Positions 1-11,404 of a DNA stretch of 64,000 nucleotides are shown one piece after another (position 1 is the stretch's first letter; every line of letters begins with the position of its first letter). The DNA comes from Octopus vulgaris. Lineage: Eukaryota. The DNA lies in contig OX597829.1 of assembly GCA_951406725.2 (NCBI GenBank), positions 5,332,001-5,396,000 of the forward strand. Direction: 5' to 3'. A program made the position numbers and the translations under genes. The notes beneath the pieces are model-generated. The model was not told the origin of the DNA. It did not search any database and saw only the letters and a list, made by a program, of their open reading frames with translations.

Positions 1-632
1 TTGAACCAGCCTTCTGATTGTTTGACCCAGCAGTTCTTGGAGATAATTATAATTTAAAATTATGCAGACTTAATATTGGTTTATCTGTGTCTAGACATAA
101 AAATCCTATTTTGCAGAGAAGTGGAAGCAGAATGTTATAAATGATGCATTTTGCAAAATATACAGTAATATATACAGTAATTGTGTGAGTGATGTCAAAT
201 AGCTTTCCAAATGAAGATGTCACATTGTAGAATTAATAATGGAAAATTGGTGTTTTAAAAGAAAGAGATTATTGTTCATAATTAGCCATTAATTAATTTT
301 TAGACCATTTCTTACATTCTTCAAAATTCCTCAGTGATGGACAGTAAACAAAGAGATCAAAGTATTATGATGAGTGTGTTTCAACTTCAAAATGGGTCTT
401 TTGAGTGCATCTGAAAAGAATTAACTTATTTAGTGCTGAATAGAATTTCACTTAGGAAATGAAGTGTGTAGGTCAGATTGACTTACAATATTAAATTTAC
501 TAATGTTCCAAATTCAAGTCCCTCGGAGGTTGTTTTGGTATTTTGTTATTCAAGTGTCAATATGAGAAGCATGCATTAAGTACTAACATTAATTTCATCA
601 AATCATCCCTTCTTGTGCATACATCAGAATTC

Positions 633-915
633 ATCATCATCATCATCATCATCGTTTAAGGTCTGCTTTCCATGCTAGCATGGGTTGGATGATTTGATTG
701 AGGGCTGGTGAACCAGATGGCTGCACCAGGCTCCAGTCTGATCTGGCAGAGTTTCTACAGCTTGATGCATTTCCTAATGCCAACCACTCCATGAGTGTAG
801 TGGGTGCTTTTACATGCCACCGGCATGAGGGCTGGTCAGGCGGTAACTGGCAATGGCTGCTCTCAAATGTTGTTTTTTACATGCCACCTGCACAGGAGCC
901 AGTCCAGCGGCACAG
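633..915 (-). mobile_element. 5'-truncated RTE LINE 3' UTR with (GAT)n tail
   Basis: Matches the 3' UTR that follows the RTE ORF end at 56880-57270; begins (CAT)n-cgtttaa..ctttccatgctagcatgggttgga on +. Confidence 0.8.
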
Positions 916-1303
916 CATTGCTTGCCATTTTCTGATTTTTGTTGCTAGTTCTTCCCTTACAGAGCTCTAAGGTAAATAATTCCAACTGTGACCATCATAA
1001 CTGTTTTGAAACTGTGTATCTAAAAACCAACTAATGAATAGGAAAAAGGAATGGAAAAGGAGTAATAGGGGAAAGATTTAGTTACTATATTTGTTATTGT
1101 TATTTAGTTCTGTTTGAGCAGACCTATGACTAAAAACATTCCAGCTGGGTCCATTCTATAATTTTGATAATCACAGACTAAAGAGCCTCTAATTTTTAAT
1201 TCTAAGATAACAGGTTGTGGTTCACAGGTAATCTGGCTGCTATATCAAGCTGATCAGATGATCATGTAAAGCTTCTTTTATGGGTGCGCATACTTAGTAT
1301 AGG

Positions 1304-1342
<39 letters not shown>

Positions 1343-1504
1343 CTGCCTTCAAAGTATCACAGGATTAGCAAAGCCAATCCAGAGAGACTTTGGAATCACA
1401 CTTGCATTAGTTTTAGTCTTTGTTTACGTTCTACATTTGGTGAAGCGAGATATATTTTAGTTAATATTTCTGGCAATTTTGAACATGAAAACACACACTT
1501 TAAA

Positions 1505-1585
1505 TATATATATGTATGTATATGTGTATGGATATATACAGTAGGTGAGCATATGTATGTGTGTGCCTCTGTATATATCATATAT

Positions 1586-1668
<83 letters not shown>

Positions 1669-2026
1669 TGTATACACATATATAAATATATATACATATA
1701 TGTATATACAAATACATTTAAAGATGTATATATAAGTATATATATGAATACATGTGTGTGTGAATATATGTATTAATTCCTCTCAATTCCTGACAGTCAA
1801 AGAAGAGAAAATAAACGAAAGACAGACAAATGTAGAAAGCTCCACGCATGTGTAGCTTGCATGTGGCGAATAGTATTATTTTAGTCAATGTTATTATGAA
1901 GAAAACTATTTTTCTAATGAATATAGTTCGCTTAGGGCAGAACTATTTCTTGGTTCTGAAGAGATCATAGTCTCTTTGAAGCAGGTTTTCAGGGTTTCAG
2001 AATAAGTTTTAGGCTTGTGAGTTTGT

Positions 2027-2073
<47 letters not shown>

Positions 2074-2217
2074 CACACACACATATGTGTGTGTGTATAC
2101 ACACATACATATGTATATATGTATATATATACATACATACAAACATACATACATGCATACATATGTATGTATGCATATATGTATGTATATATATACATAT
2201 ATACATATATACATATA

Positions 2218-2254
<37 letters not shown>

Positions 2255-2315
2255 ACATGCATATATATGTATATATACATTCATATACAAACACTTTTAT
2301 ATGTATATATATGTA

Positions 2316-2347
<32 letters not shown>

Positions 2348-2623
2348 CACACACTCACAAAGGAGGACACATACGCACTTATATATATATACATATACTC
2401 ATTTATATATGTATATATCTGACTATACATATACATACACATCTGTACAATATATGTATATGTGTATGTATATTTATACATATATACATATACACACTGA
2501 GAAATGGACACATACACACAATGATAAATATATATGTGATATATGTTTGTGAGAGTATGTGTATGTGTATGTGTGTGTGTGTGTGCGTGAGAGAGAGTGT
2601 GCATATGTGCTCGTGCGCAAGTG

Positions 2624-2662
<39 letters not shown>

Positions 2663-2665
2663 TTG
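1505..2665. repeat. Compound (TA)n/(CA)n/(TG)n microsatellite field
   Basis: Directly visible dinucleotide runs with short unique spacers. Confidence 0.95.
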
Positions 2666-3100
2666 AATGAATATAATTGCATAGTAGGAGTTAAAAATCT
2701 AACATATTAAATGTTGCAAAAATACAGAAATTCTGATAAAACCTCGCGTGTCAAGAACAGAAAATAGAAACATTCAACAAAAAATGCATATGGTGAGAAC
2801 AAGGAAAGGAGATGCCAAGAGAATTCTATTCTTCAATAGAAAATGTTATAAAAACAACGGAGTTGATGGTAGAATCAACAACCACAGCAATCATGGTGAC
2901 TGCAGTAGAAAAGAACTAGAGAAACATCAAGGCAATGATGGAGCTTTTGCAAGTTACAAGACCAGCTGAAAATAGCAGCCAAATATCTCACGAATCACAC
3001 TTCCACATCTTTAAAAAATCATCAGGACTTGTTATACAGTCTTATTTTACATTTCTACAGTCATCTCTATCTCTCTATGTATATATATATATATATATAT

Positions 3101-3471
3101 ATTCTTTTACTTGTTTCAGTTATTTGATTGCAGCCATGCTGGAGCAAATCGACCCCGGGACTTATTCTTTGTAAGCCCAGTACTTATTCTATTGGTCCCT
3201 TTTGCCGAACCGCTAAGTAACGGGGACATAAGCACACCAGCATCGGTTGTCAAGCAATGGTAGGGGGACAAACACAGACACAAAAACACATACATATATA
3301 TACATATATACGACGGGCTTCTTTCAGTTTCCGTCTACCAAATCCACTCACAAGGCATTGGTCGGCCCGGGGCTATAGCAGAAGACACTTGCCCAGGATG
3401 CCACGCAGTAGGACTGAACCCAGAACCATATGGTTGGTTAGCAAGCTACTTACCACACAGCCACCCCTGCA

Positions 3472-3473
<2 letters not shown>
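3101..3473 (-). mobile_element. tRNA-derived SINE, family A (CORE-like)
   Basis: Reverse complement has A-box-like TGGCTGTGTGG, B-box-like GGTTCAGTCC, CTGGGCAAGTGTCTT, an internal microsatellite and an ACTGAAACAAGTAAAAGA tail; many copies in the window. Confidence 0.85.
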
Positions 3474-3555
<82 letters not shown>

Positions 3556-3556
3556 C

Positions 3557-3592
<36 letters not shown>
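3474..3592. repeat. (TA)n microsatellite
   Basis: Near-pure TA run. Confidence 0.95.
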
Positions 3593-3595
<3 letters not shown>

Positions 3596-4211
3596 TGGGT
3601 GTAACAGAAGGAATACAACAAGGAGAAAAGTAGAGTAAAGAGGTGAGTAGACGAAAGCTAAACGGGAAAACGACACGATACATGGAATATTCGCAGTTGA
3701 GTTTTCTTCTTCAGTCAAAGACACAAAATGTAGCAGTTTCACTCCAATTTTCTTTGATACTGCTCAATTTTGCCGGCACCAGTACTTTTATTAAGCTACA
3801 CACACACACACACACACGTACACACTCATATATACATATAATTATATGTGTTTGTGTGTTTTATATATATATGTGCATATGTACGCATGTCTTAACATTA
3901 CGTGAAATTGTGAGTAAGCCTCATTATAATGCAGGCGATGATCTTTATTTCCAGCCTTCTACACAAAACGTGTCTTGGCAAGGATAAAAAATGCTACTCA
4001 ATTCAAAGCAGGTGAAAGCTAGTTACAGAAAGGATGTCAAGCTCAGAAGATCTGCCTCAGCAAATTTTGTATGACCCATGGCATGATGATAATGTGGATT
4101 TTAAAATAACTATAAAGAGGATGAATCAGTATATCTATATGCATGCATAGCTATATATATATATATATATACACACACATACATACATACACACTTATAC
4201 TTACATATAAA

Positions 4212-4247
<36 letters not shown>

Positions 4248-4252
<5 letters not shown>

Positions 4253-6622
4253 TAAATTAGAGATAAAACCACTATTAGGCAACTCAAACAGTGATAGACA
4301 TAAACCAAAACATAAAAAACAAAAAATAAATATAATTAATATAATATAATTAATATAATATACAATATATCATCATCATCATCATCATTTAGCATCCACC
4401 TTCCATGCTAGCATGGGTTGGATGGTTCAACTGGGGTCTGTGAAGCCAGAAGGCTGCATCAGGCCCAGTCTGATCTGGTAATGTTTCTACGGCTGGATGC
4501 CCTTCCTAACGCCAACCACTCCGTGAGTGTAGTGGGTGCTTTTTACGTGCCACCCGCACAGGTGCCAGATGGAGCTGGCAAATGGCCACGGACGGATGGT
4601 GGTTTTACGTGCCACTGGCATGGGGGCCAGGCGAGGCTGGCAATGGCCACGAATGGATGGTGCTACATGCCACCGGCACAGGGGCCAGGCGAGGCTGGCA
4701 ACGGCCACGAACGGATGGTGCTTTTTACGTGCCTCCAGCACGGAGGCCAGTCGGGGCGGCACTGGCAACGGCCACGATCGGATGGTTCGCTTACTTGTCA
4801 CCGGCACTGGTATCACAGCTGCAATTTCCATTGACGTTGATCGACTTCGATTTTGGTTCTGCTTTCTGATATCTGATTTGATTTGGTTTGATTTTGATTT
4901 TGATTTTGATTTTGATTTTCACTTGCCTCAACGGGGTCTTCACAAGTGGAGTTCTGTGTCCCAAGAAGGAAAGTTATGTATAAGTCGACTGGCTACATAC
5001 CAGGTAGAGGCCACGGGTTATGGTCTCACTAGTCTTGCCGGGTCTTCCCACGCACAGCATACTTCCATAGGTCTCGGTCTCTAGTCATTTCCTTGGTGAG
5101 ACCTAAAGTTCCCTCCTCATTGCAGGAACCATAACTGTAGCCTCCATGTACGCCATGGAAGCCCCCAGCATATCGTCCAACATACCCATTGAAGTCACCA
5201 GCCACAAAGAGAAGGTCCCTGTTGTTTGTCAATGAGGTAGTCTGCAGTAGGGTGTCATAGAAACGGTCTTTGTCCATCGGGTAGCCTTGGCTGAGGGGCA
5301 TAGGCCGATATAATAGTTGCTAAACTATGATGGAGTACTAATCTAATCTTAAGTATTTTGTCACATACTCTGACTACCTCGATTACCTTATCTACCCATT
5401 TTTCGGCGATAAGTATACCCACACCCCCGACCCCATCAGTATTCCCATCCCAGAAAATCTTGTACCTCTGCCCTTTGCCTGTGAGGAACCTAGTAGAACC
5501 TCCTCTCCACCTCACTTCTTGAATACAGCATATATTGACACACCTCCGTTCAAGCAATTCAACGATCTCTCCAGATCTGCCTTTCAGTGTGCCAACGTTG
5601 AGGGTGTGGGAGGTATTGGCCCTAGTAGCATCATGAACCTGAAAAGAAAACTCGCGTTTGGCAGGATCCATAGACAAACAATAAAACTCAAGTTCAAACC
5701 GCGTACACTACACTAACATATCTTGCAATGAATGACCACTACCTTTTATGGAAGGAGGTGGGGTGGTGTAAGACTTTGAAGTGTACATGGGAGACAACAA
5801 GGATGAGAAAATTTAGGACTTCCTGTACCGGTGGAGGGGGTGCGAGGGCGAAAACTAGCAGCCATGTACGCCATTCCTTTCTTGGAAAGGAATACTTACT
5901 TATTAGTAGGTATAAAATACCTAAATTTGAGAGAGAGATATTTTGCAGATTATGTGAGCTAAATTTATCTTAGCGATAAGGAGCTATAAAATTATAAATA
6001 TATTTATTCTATATTTAACGAGACGTGAGGCTGATCGATAAAATTAGGGTGCGAGCTATAGGATTATATGTATATTTAACACAAGACACGAGACATCAAT
6101 ATATAGAGATGAACTATAGAATTATATATATATATATATAACACGAGGCGTGAGGCTGAAATAGACAAAGTCATAATATAATAGAGATAAACAGGGCTAA
6201 CTAAAGATCAATCAATTGCACAGAAATATTTCTGGTAGGTACGGGCTGAATTAAACTAATATTGCTTAGCTGGAATTCATTTTTCAGGCGAAGTTGACAA
6301 TTTAAAATTTAAACTATTAAAATTTGAAATTTTTAAATTTATATTCATATTTACTTATCATATTATATTTAGCTTTTATATAATTTTTGGTTAGTTAAAA
6401 AAAAAAAGTTTAATTTATATTTTAAATTTTATATTTCATATATATATATTGTATATTATATTTATTTTTTGTTATTTATGCTTTGGTTTATGTCTATCAC
6501 TGTTTGAGTTGCCTAATAGTGGTTTTATCTCTAATTTAATTTATAGTCATACTGTGAAATTTGATTTAACCCTAAATCTAATTTTTCCCTATAATTTTGG
6601 ATATACTCCCTAATATTATTAT
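4248..6622. mobile_element. AT-rich non-coding element with inverted arms, interrupted by an RTE derivative
   Basis: 4248-4370 (AATTAAATTAGAGATAAAACCACTATTAGGCAACTC...) is the reverse complement of about 6443-6545; an internally deleted copy lies at 51035-51260. Confidence 0.65.
4371..5635 (-). mobile_element. Internally deleted RTE LINE (APE endonuclease N-terminus fused to ORF C-terminus, plus 3' UTR)
   Basis: APE motifs TLNVGTL, CCIQEVRW, GVGILI, ISAYAPQ and VAGDFNG (one frameshift), then GLTKEMTRDRDLWKYAV, 3' UTR and (GAT)n tail. Confidence 0.9.
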
Positions 6623-6714
6623 TGTTATATATATATATAATATACACTGTATACACACACACACATATATATATATACATACATGCATAAATACACACAT
6701 ATGCATACAAACGC

Positions 6715-7470
6715 ACAAACTTGGAATCAAAGGACCTCAAAGTTAACTTAGTGAAGACTAAAATACCAGTAAGTAGGCAGACAGGAACCCACTTCCATCA
6801 GGGAAATGGCTTTGCTTGAGAAGTAAAAAAAGGGAGTGAGAAAACTCTAACACAGTGTACCCAATGCAGACCATGGACCCAAAAAAAGTTTGTAGGGGTA
6901 TTTTTGGCATGATAACAGAGAAAACAGATTTTGTATATGGTAGATGTGCAGGAGCAATAAACTCTAAAAGCACATGGGAAATAGATGTTTTCATATACAC
7001 AGGAGGATCCCTAGAAGTTCAAGGCATACTTTCTGTTATCTAGGTGACCTACTTAGCAGTGGCGAAGAATAAGAAATAGTTGGAGTAAGTTTATATTACC
7101 TCTGTTGGCAACAAAATGCTTCTCTCTCAGACTGAAAGACAGACTGTATGGTGCTTGTGCATAATTGCAATGATACTTTGTAGTGAGACTGATGTCCTGA
7201 ATACAGACGATCAGTGATGACTAAAAGACAAAAAAAAATCAAGCAGGCTCCAGCTGGGGCACAGTGATGCATGGTGAACAGAATACAAATATGTTGAGAG
7301 AAAATTTGGTCATAAAAGTAATTAGATGTAGAGTGCAAGAGAGAAGTGTGATGCATATCGATAAGGATAGCTGTGTAGAGAGAAAGGAAACCCCAGGAAA
7401 ATGTGGGATAAGATGGCAAAGACTAAGATGATTGTCAATACACAGTCCATGAGAAGGTCAACCAACTTAC
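6715..7470 (+). mobile_element. Decayed RTE LINE reverse transcriptase C-terminal fragment
   Basis: LESKDLKVNLVKTK, a Cys-rich segment (CTQC..CRGI..GRC) and FCYLGD; many stops and frameshifts. Confidence 0.75.
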
Positions 7471-7853
7471 ATTAGTTCAGTATGACAAAAACTCCCAAAG
7501 CATAATCAGCATAGAGACTGTATGCATACAGCTAGGAGCAGATTAAGTCCAAATTTGTCACTTCTTCCCCTTTACTCCTCCAAAGCAACCACAGCCCCTT
7601 TCCCAAGACTCTTCATATCAATATCTATTTTACATTCTTAGCATTAACCATCTCTCTAACCTTATCACTACTGTATTTCATCTCCTCTGGGCACTATTCC
7701 AGCCCCGTATCCAATCAGGTAAAATACAAAGCAGCCATAACTCTCCCCATCTATAATAGTAAACCTGTTCCTTCTATCATACTTTAATCTGTCAAAACCT
7801 TGCTTAATTTTATGACATTACTCTATTTACAATGCACATGAACCATTGATTAA

Positions 7854-8072
7854 ACCTTTCATTACTGTAATTATTTGGAGATGCTCTGTGTTTCTTTCAA
7901 TTATTTTAAATGTAACAAAGAATTTAGAAAAATAACTTAGTTACCATTAAGCTAGTGTTAGTAACATAAATTGTGACTAGGGTTTGGTGGAAGATTTTAA
8001 TTCAAAACTTAAGAAAACAAAACATTTGTACTAGAGCTAGAGGCAGTTTCAGCTGAGTTGGTAACGAAAGGG
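7854..8072. mobile_element. piggyBac-like MITE
   Basis: TTAA-ACCTTTC...GAAAGGG-TGAA ends; same family as 25965-26525 in the opposite orientation. Confidence 0.7.
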
Positions 8073-8587
8073 TGAAAGCATTTTGGGCAACATTATCTAC
8101 ATGTGGCCTGGTATTGGATGGGGTGTACTGAGGTAGGCAGAGGTGTATGGAATTGAATGGAGGGACATGTAACCACACACAACTGTTGATGAACAGCATT
8201 GAAGTATATAATAATTCTAAAGAATGTTCGTTAATAGTTTTTGAAAATAAACTGAACACCTTAAATCTGGTATGTGGTGCAGAAGCAAATATTGTAATTC
8301 ACTATTAAAGCCTGTTATCCATCTTTGTATAATATTATCTTTTATTTGATCAAATCTAAATAAGAGTTCCACATTTCCACATGTGTATCCAGCCCTGGAA
8401 TATGAACCACCGAAGAATATCATGTGGCAGTCAAATAATGACATTGGAGTTCATTACAAGGTTTTCACCGAAATATACCACTATGTGTGTGTGTGTGTGT
8501 GTGTGCATATATATGCATATGTATTTATACACACACAAAGACACACACATATATACACACACATGCACACACACACATGTATGTGTG

Positions 8588-8628
<41 letters not shown>

Positions 8629-8692
8629 CATATATAAATATATATATGTATATATTTATATACATATATAAATACAAACACACATACACATA

Positions 8693-8737
<45 letters not shown>

Positions 8738-9309
8738 TTTGTATGTTATATATACACATACACAGACTCAAACGAATATGCATGTATACACATGCACACA
8801 TACAAAAACACTGAAGCATTAAAATGAAGCATGTTTAAAGATTAAGTTAGTTACATAAATAATATCAATTCTCAAACAAATAAAAACAGAAAACAAAATC
8901 ATTTGGTTCAGTGCCGCCAAAATATGTGTTTAGATATAATTGTGTATGTGTGTGTGTATATAAATACATATGCATATATATGCGCACACACACACATACA
9001 CACATATATATAGAAAGTTACATAGTTACTTACATAAATACATACATATATATATCCTTCGTCCGTCCACTAACGGTCTTGTCTTGAATTACGTTTATTT
9101 ATTTTTGTGTGTCCATTTCTGTATTGCTTGTTTATTTATTGTTTGTCCTTCCCCGTTCCGTAATGTCTCGGTCCCATTTCCCAGCAATATCGATCTTGCC
9201 GGTCGCCACCAGAAGGGAATCGATATTATCGTTAAAACCGCGAAATTGCGGTTGACCCGCTGGCCGATAACTGATGAGGAGTTGCGGACCTTATGTGCCT
9301 GTTTTCCGT

Positions 9310-9612
9310 ATGTATGTATGTATGTATGTATGTATGTATGTATGTATGTTTGTATGTATGTACGTATGTATGTATGCATGCGTGTATGTATGTATGTATG
9401 TATTGTATGTGTGTGTGTATGTATGTATGTATGTTTGTATGTATGTATGTGTGTGTGTGTATGTACGTACGTATGTATGTATGTATGTATGTATGTATGT
9501 ATGTATGTATGTATGTTTGTATGTACGTACGTATGTATGTATGCATGTATGTACGTATGTATGTATGTATGTTTGTATGTATGTATGTAACGTATATATG
9601 TATGTATGTATG
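9310..9612. repeat. (TATG)n microsatellite
   Basis: Visible tetranucleotide run. Confidence 0.95.
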
Positions 9613-9619
9613 TTCGAAT

Positions 9620-10053
9620 GTTTTTTTTTTTTGCAACTCAACCGACATGTGGTCAGGAAACCCAGTCACAAACGCTAACTTAACCGTTCGGTCCAGTGAT
9701 TCCCCTCCATATCCCGCCAGTCTAGCCAATCTTCCGTGTTCGTTCGCAAATACGTTGACCTGTTTACCAGTCCACTTTGCTTTCCCCAGGCGAGCGTAAG
9801 CTTCGAACATTCCCTTTGCAATGGCCTCCATCAAACGGATTTCTATTTTTTCCGCGCTAAGTTGGTCCCTCTCTTCCATTTCTAGGTACAGCGCCAACGC
9901 CGAACTATCTAGGTACAGCGGTATAAAACTCGTTAAGTCGTTTATACCGTGGAGCTTTGCCACCAACTTCAGCTTCTTCAACCAAGCGACTACATCCGTG
10001 TCACCGCAAAACGGTTTGACCATATCGTTCGAAATACGGACAACACTCATCAT
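9620..10053 (-). mobile_element. Ty3/Gypsy-type gag fragment, 3'-truncated
   Basis: About 145 open codons: KPFCGDTDVVAWLKKLKLVAKL..IPLYLDSSALALY..VKLAFVTGFP, resembling retrotransposon gag capsid; runs into a microsatellite. Confidence 0.75.
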
Positions 10054-10101
10054 TCGTTTTTTTCCGTGTTTTTTTTTTTTTTTTTATGGGCCGAAATATC
10101 T

Positions 10102-10331
10102 TGTAGTGTGATGGAGGAAAAAAAAACAGCAGAAAAAGAAGCAAACGGGAGAAAGAAATACAAAGGGCCTTACCTGTTGACCTAGGTGAGATGAGCGATC
10201 ACTGTCAAGAAATAAACACGTCCTTGCACGCTGCCGTCTCTGCTCGAACTGCCCAAACGTGCTTCGGGCCCCGTGGCTGTTCCCCTTGTATTCACTTCTG
10301 CCTACCTCATCTGCAATCCTCTCCACTAACA
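10102..10331 (-). mobile_element. Putative 5' LTR of the gag-bearing element
   Basis: Minus strand starts TGTTAG and ends CTACA about 50 bp upstream of the gag ATG; no canonical PBS and no second LTR seen. Confidence 0.5.
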
Positions 10332-10422
10332 CCACACATACATACATACACATAAATTTATGGAGCAAAAGAGGTGTATATGTGTGTATATGTATTTGTG
10401 TGCATACACATAAATCGTTGTA

Positions 10423-10799
10423 CACCGTTGGTTACGACGACGAGGGTTCCAGTTGATCCGATCAAGGGAACAGTCTGCTCGTGAAATTAACGTGCAAATC
10501 GCTGAGCACTCCACCGACACGTGTATCCTTAACGTAGTTCTCGGGGGAGATTCAGCGTGACACAGAGTGTGACAAGGCTGGTCCTTTGAAATACAGGTAC
10601 AACAGAAACAGGAAGAAAGAGCGAGATAAAGTTGGGGTGAAAGAGTACAGCAGGGTTCGCCACCATCCCCTGCCAGAGCCTCGTTGAGCTTTAGGTGTTT
10701 TCGCTCAATAAACACTCACAATGCCCTGTCTGGGAATCGAAACCGCGATCATACCACCGCGAGTTCGCTGCCCTAACCACTGGGCCATTGCACCTCCAC
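10423..10799 (-). mobile_element. tRNA-derived SINE, family C (tail type 1)
   Basis: Head TGGCCCAGTGGTTAG..ACTCGC..GTTTCGATTCCC (A/B boxes, Arg-like TCG); head and body shared with 31236-31540 and 58455-58761. Confidence 0.85.
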
Positions 10800-10812
10800 T
10801 ACATATAAATAC

Positions 10813-10897
<85 letters not shown>
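10813..10897. repeat. (GATA)n microsatellite
   Basis: Pure GATA run. Confidence 0.95.
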
Positions 10898-11404
10898 TGC
10901 ATACATATACACACACAACACGCAAAAGCACGTGCACACACATGTATATATATGAATTCAAATATGTATATTTATGAATTTATATTTTAAGTGTACCAAG
11001 TGGCCGCTGTGAGGTACTGACTGATATGTCTTGCGAATAAAATGACTTCTGTAGACAACATTTCAGTATTTAATTGTTTTTCAAGAATAATGCTATATAT
11101 TTATGGTTTCGCTTACGACTCATAGTCAGTTGGTTTGGTGTTTCTTTTCTAATTAAGAATCAAGTTTCCATGTACCGACATACCTTTATACCTTCCTACC
11201 ATCCTACCTACCTGTCTACCTATTTCTCTCCAAACCTATCAACAACCAGCTTGTTGTGCTTCCGCTAGTGGAAACGATTAAACAGTAGTTAAATGGTTAC
11301 GCAGGAAACCTGCTCTACAATTTTATGCAATTTTGATTTTCTATCAATCAACCTCTTATGTTATCCATCCATATATCTGCAAATTCATGAATTTATATAT
11401 CAAT

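Noticed and set aside
1950-1995. CTGAAGA-GA..TCTC..GAAG possible hammerhead
   Set aside because: GAAA is not intact, and no stem I or cleavage triplet could be drawn.
1307-2682. Long YI/CV/HT-rich ORFs (also at 29.5-30.1, 38.5-40.4 and 59.4-60.7 kb)
   Set aside because: These are translations of dinucleotide microsatellites, which lack stop codons.
4418-5084. ORFs of 95-182 aa in GC-rich repeats (also 44311-45252)
   Set aside because: They lie antisense within the RTE 3' UTR minisatellite and have no protein motifs.
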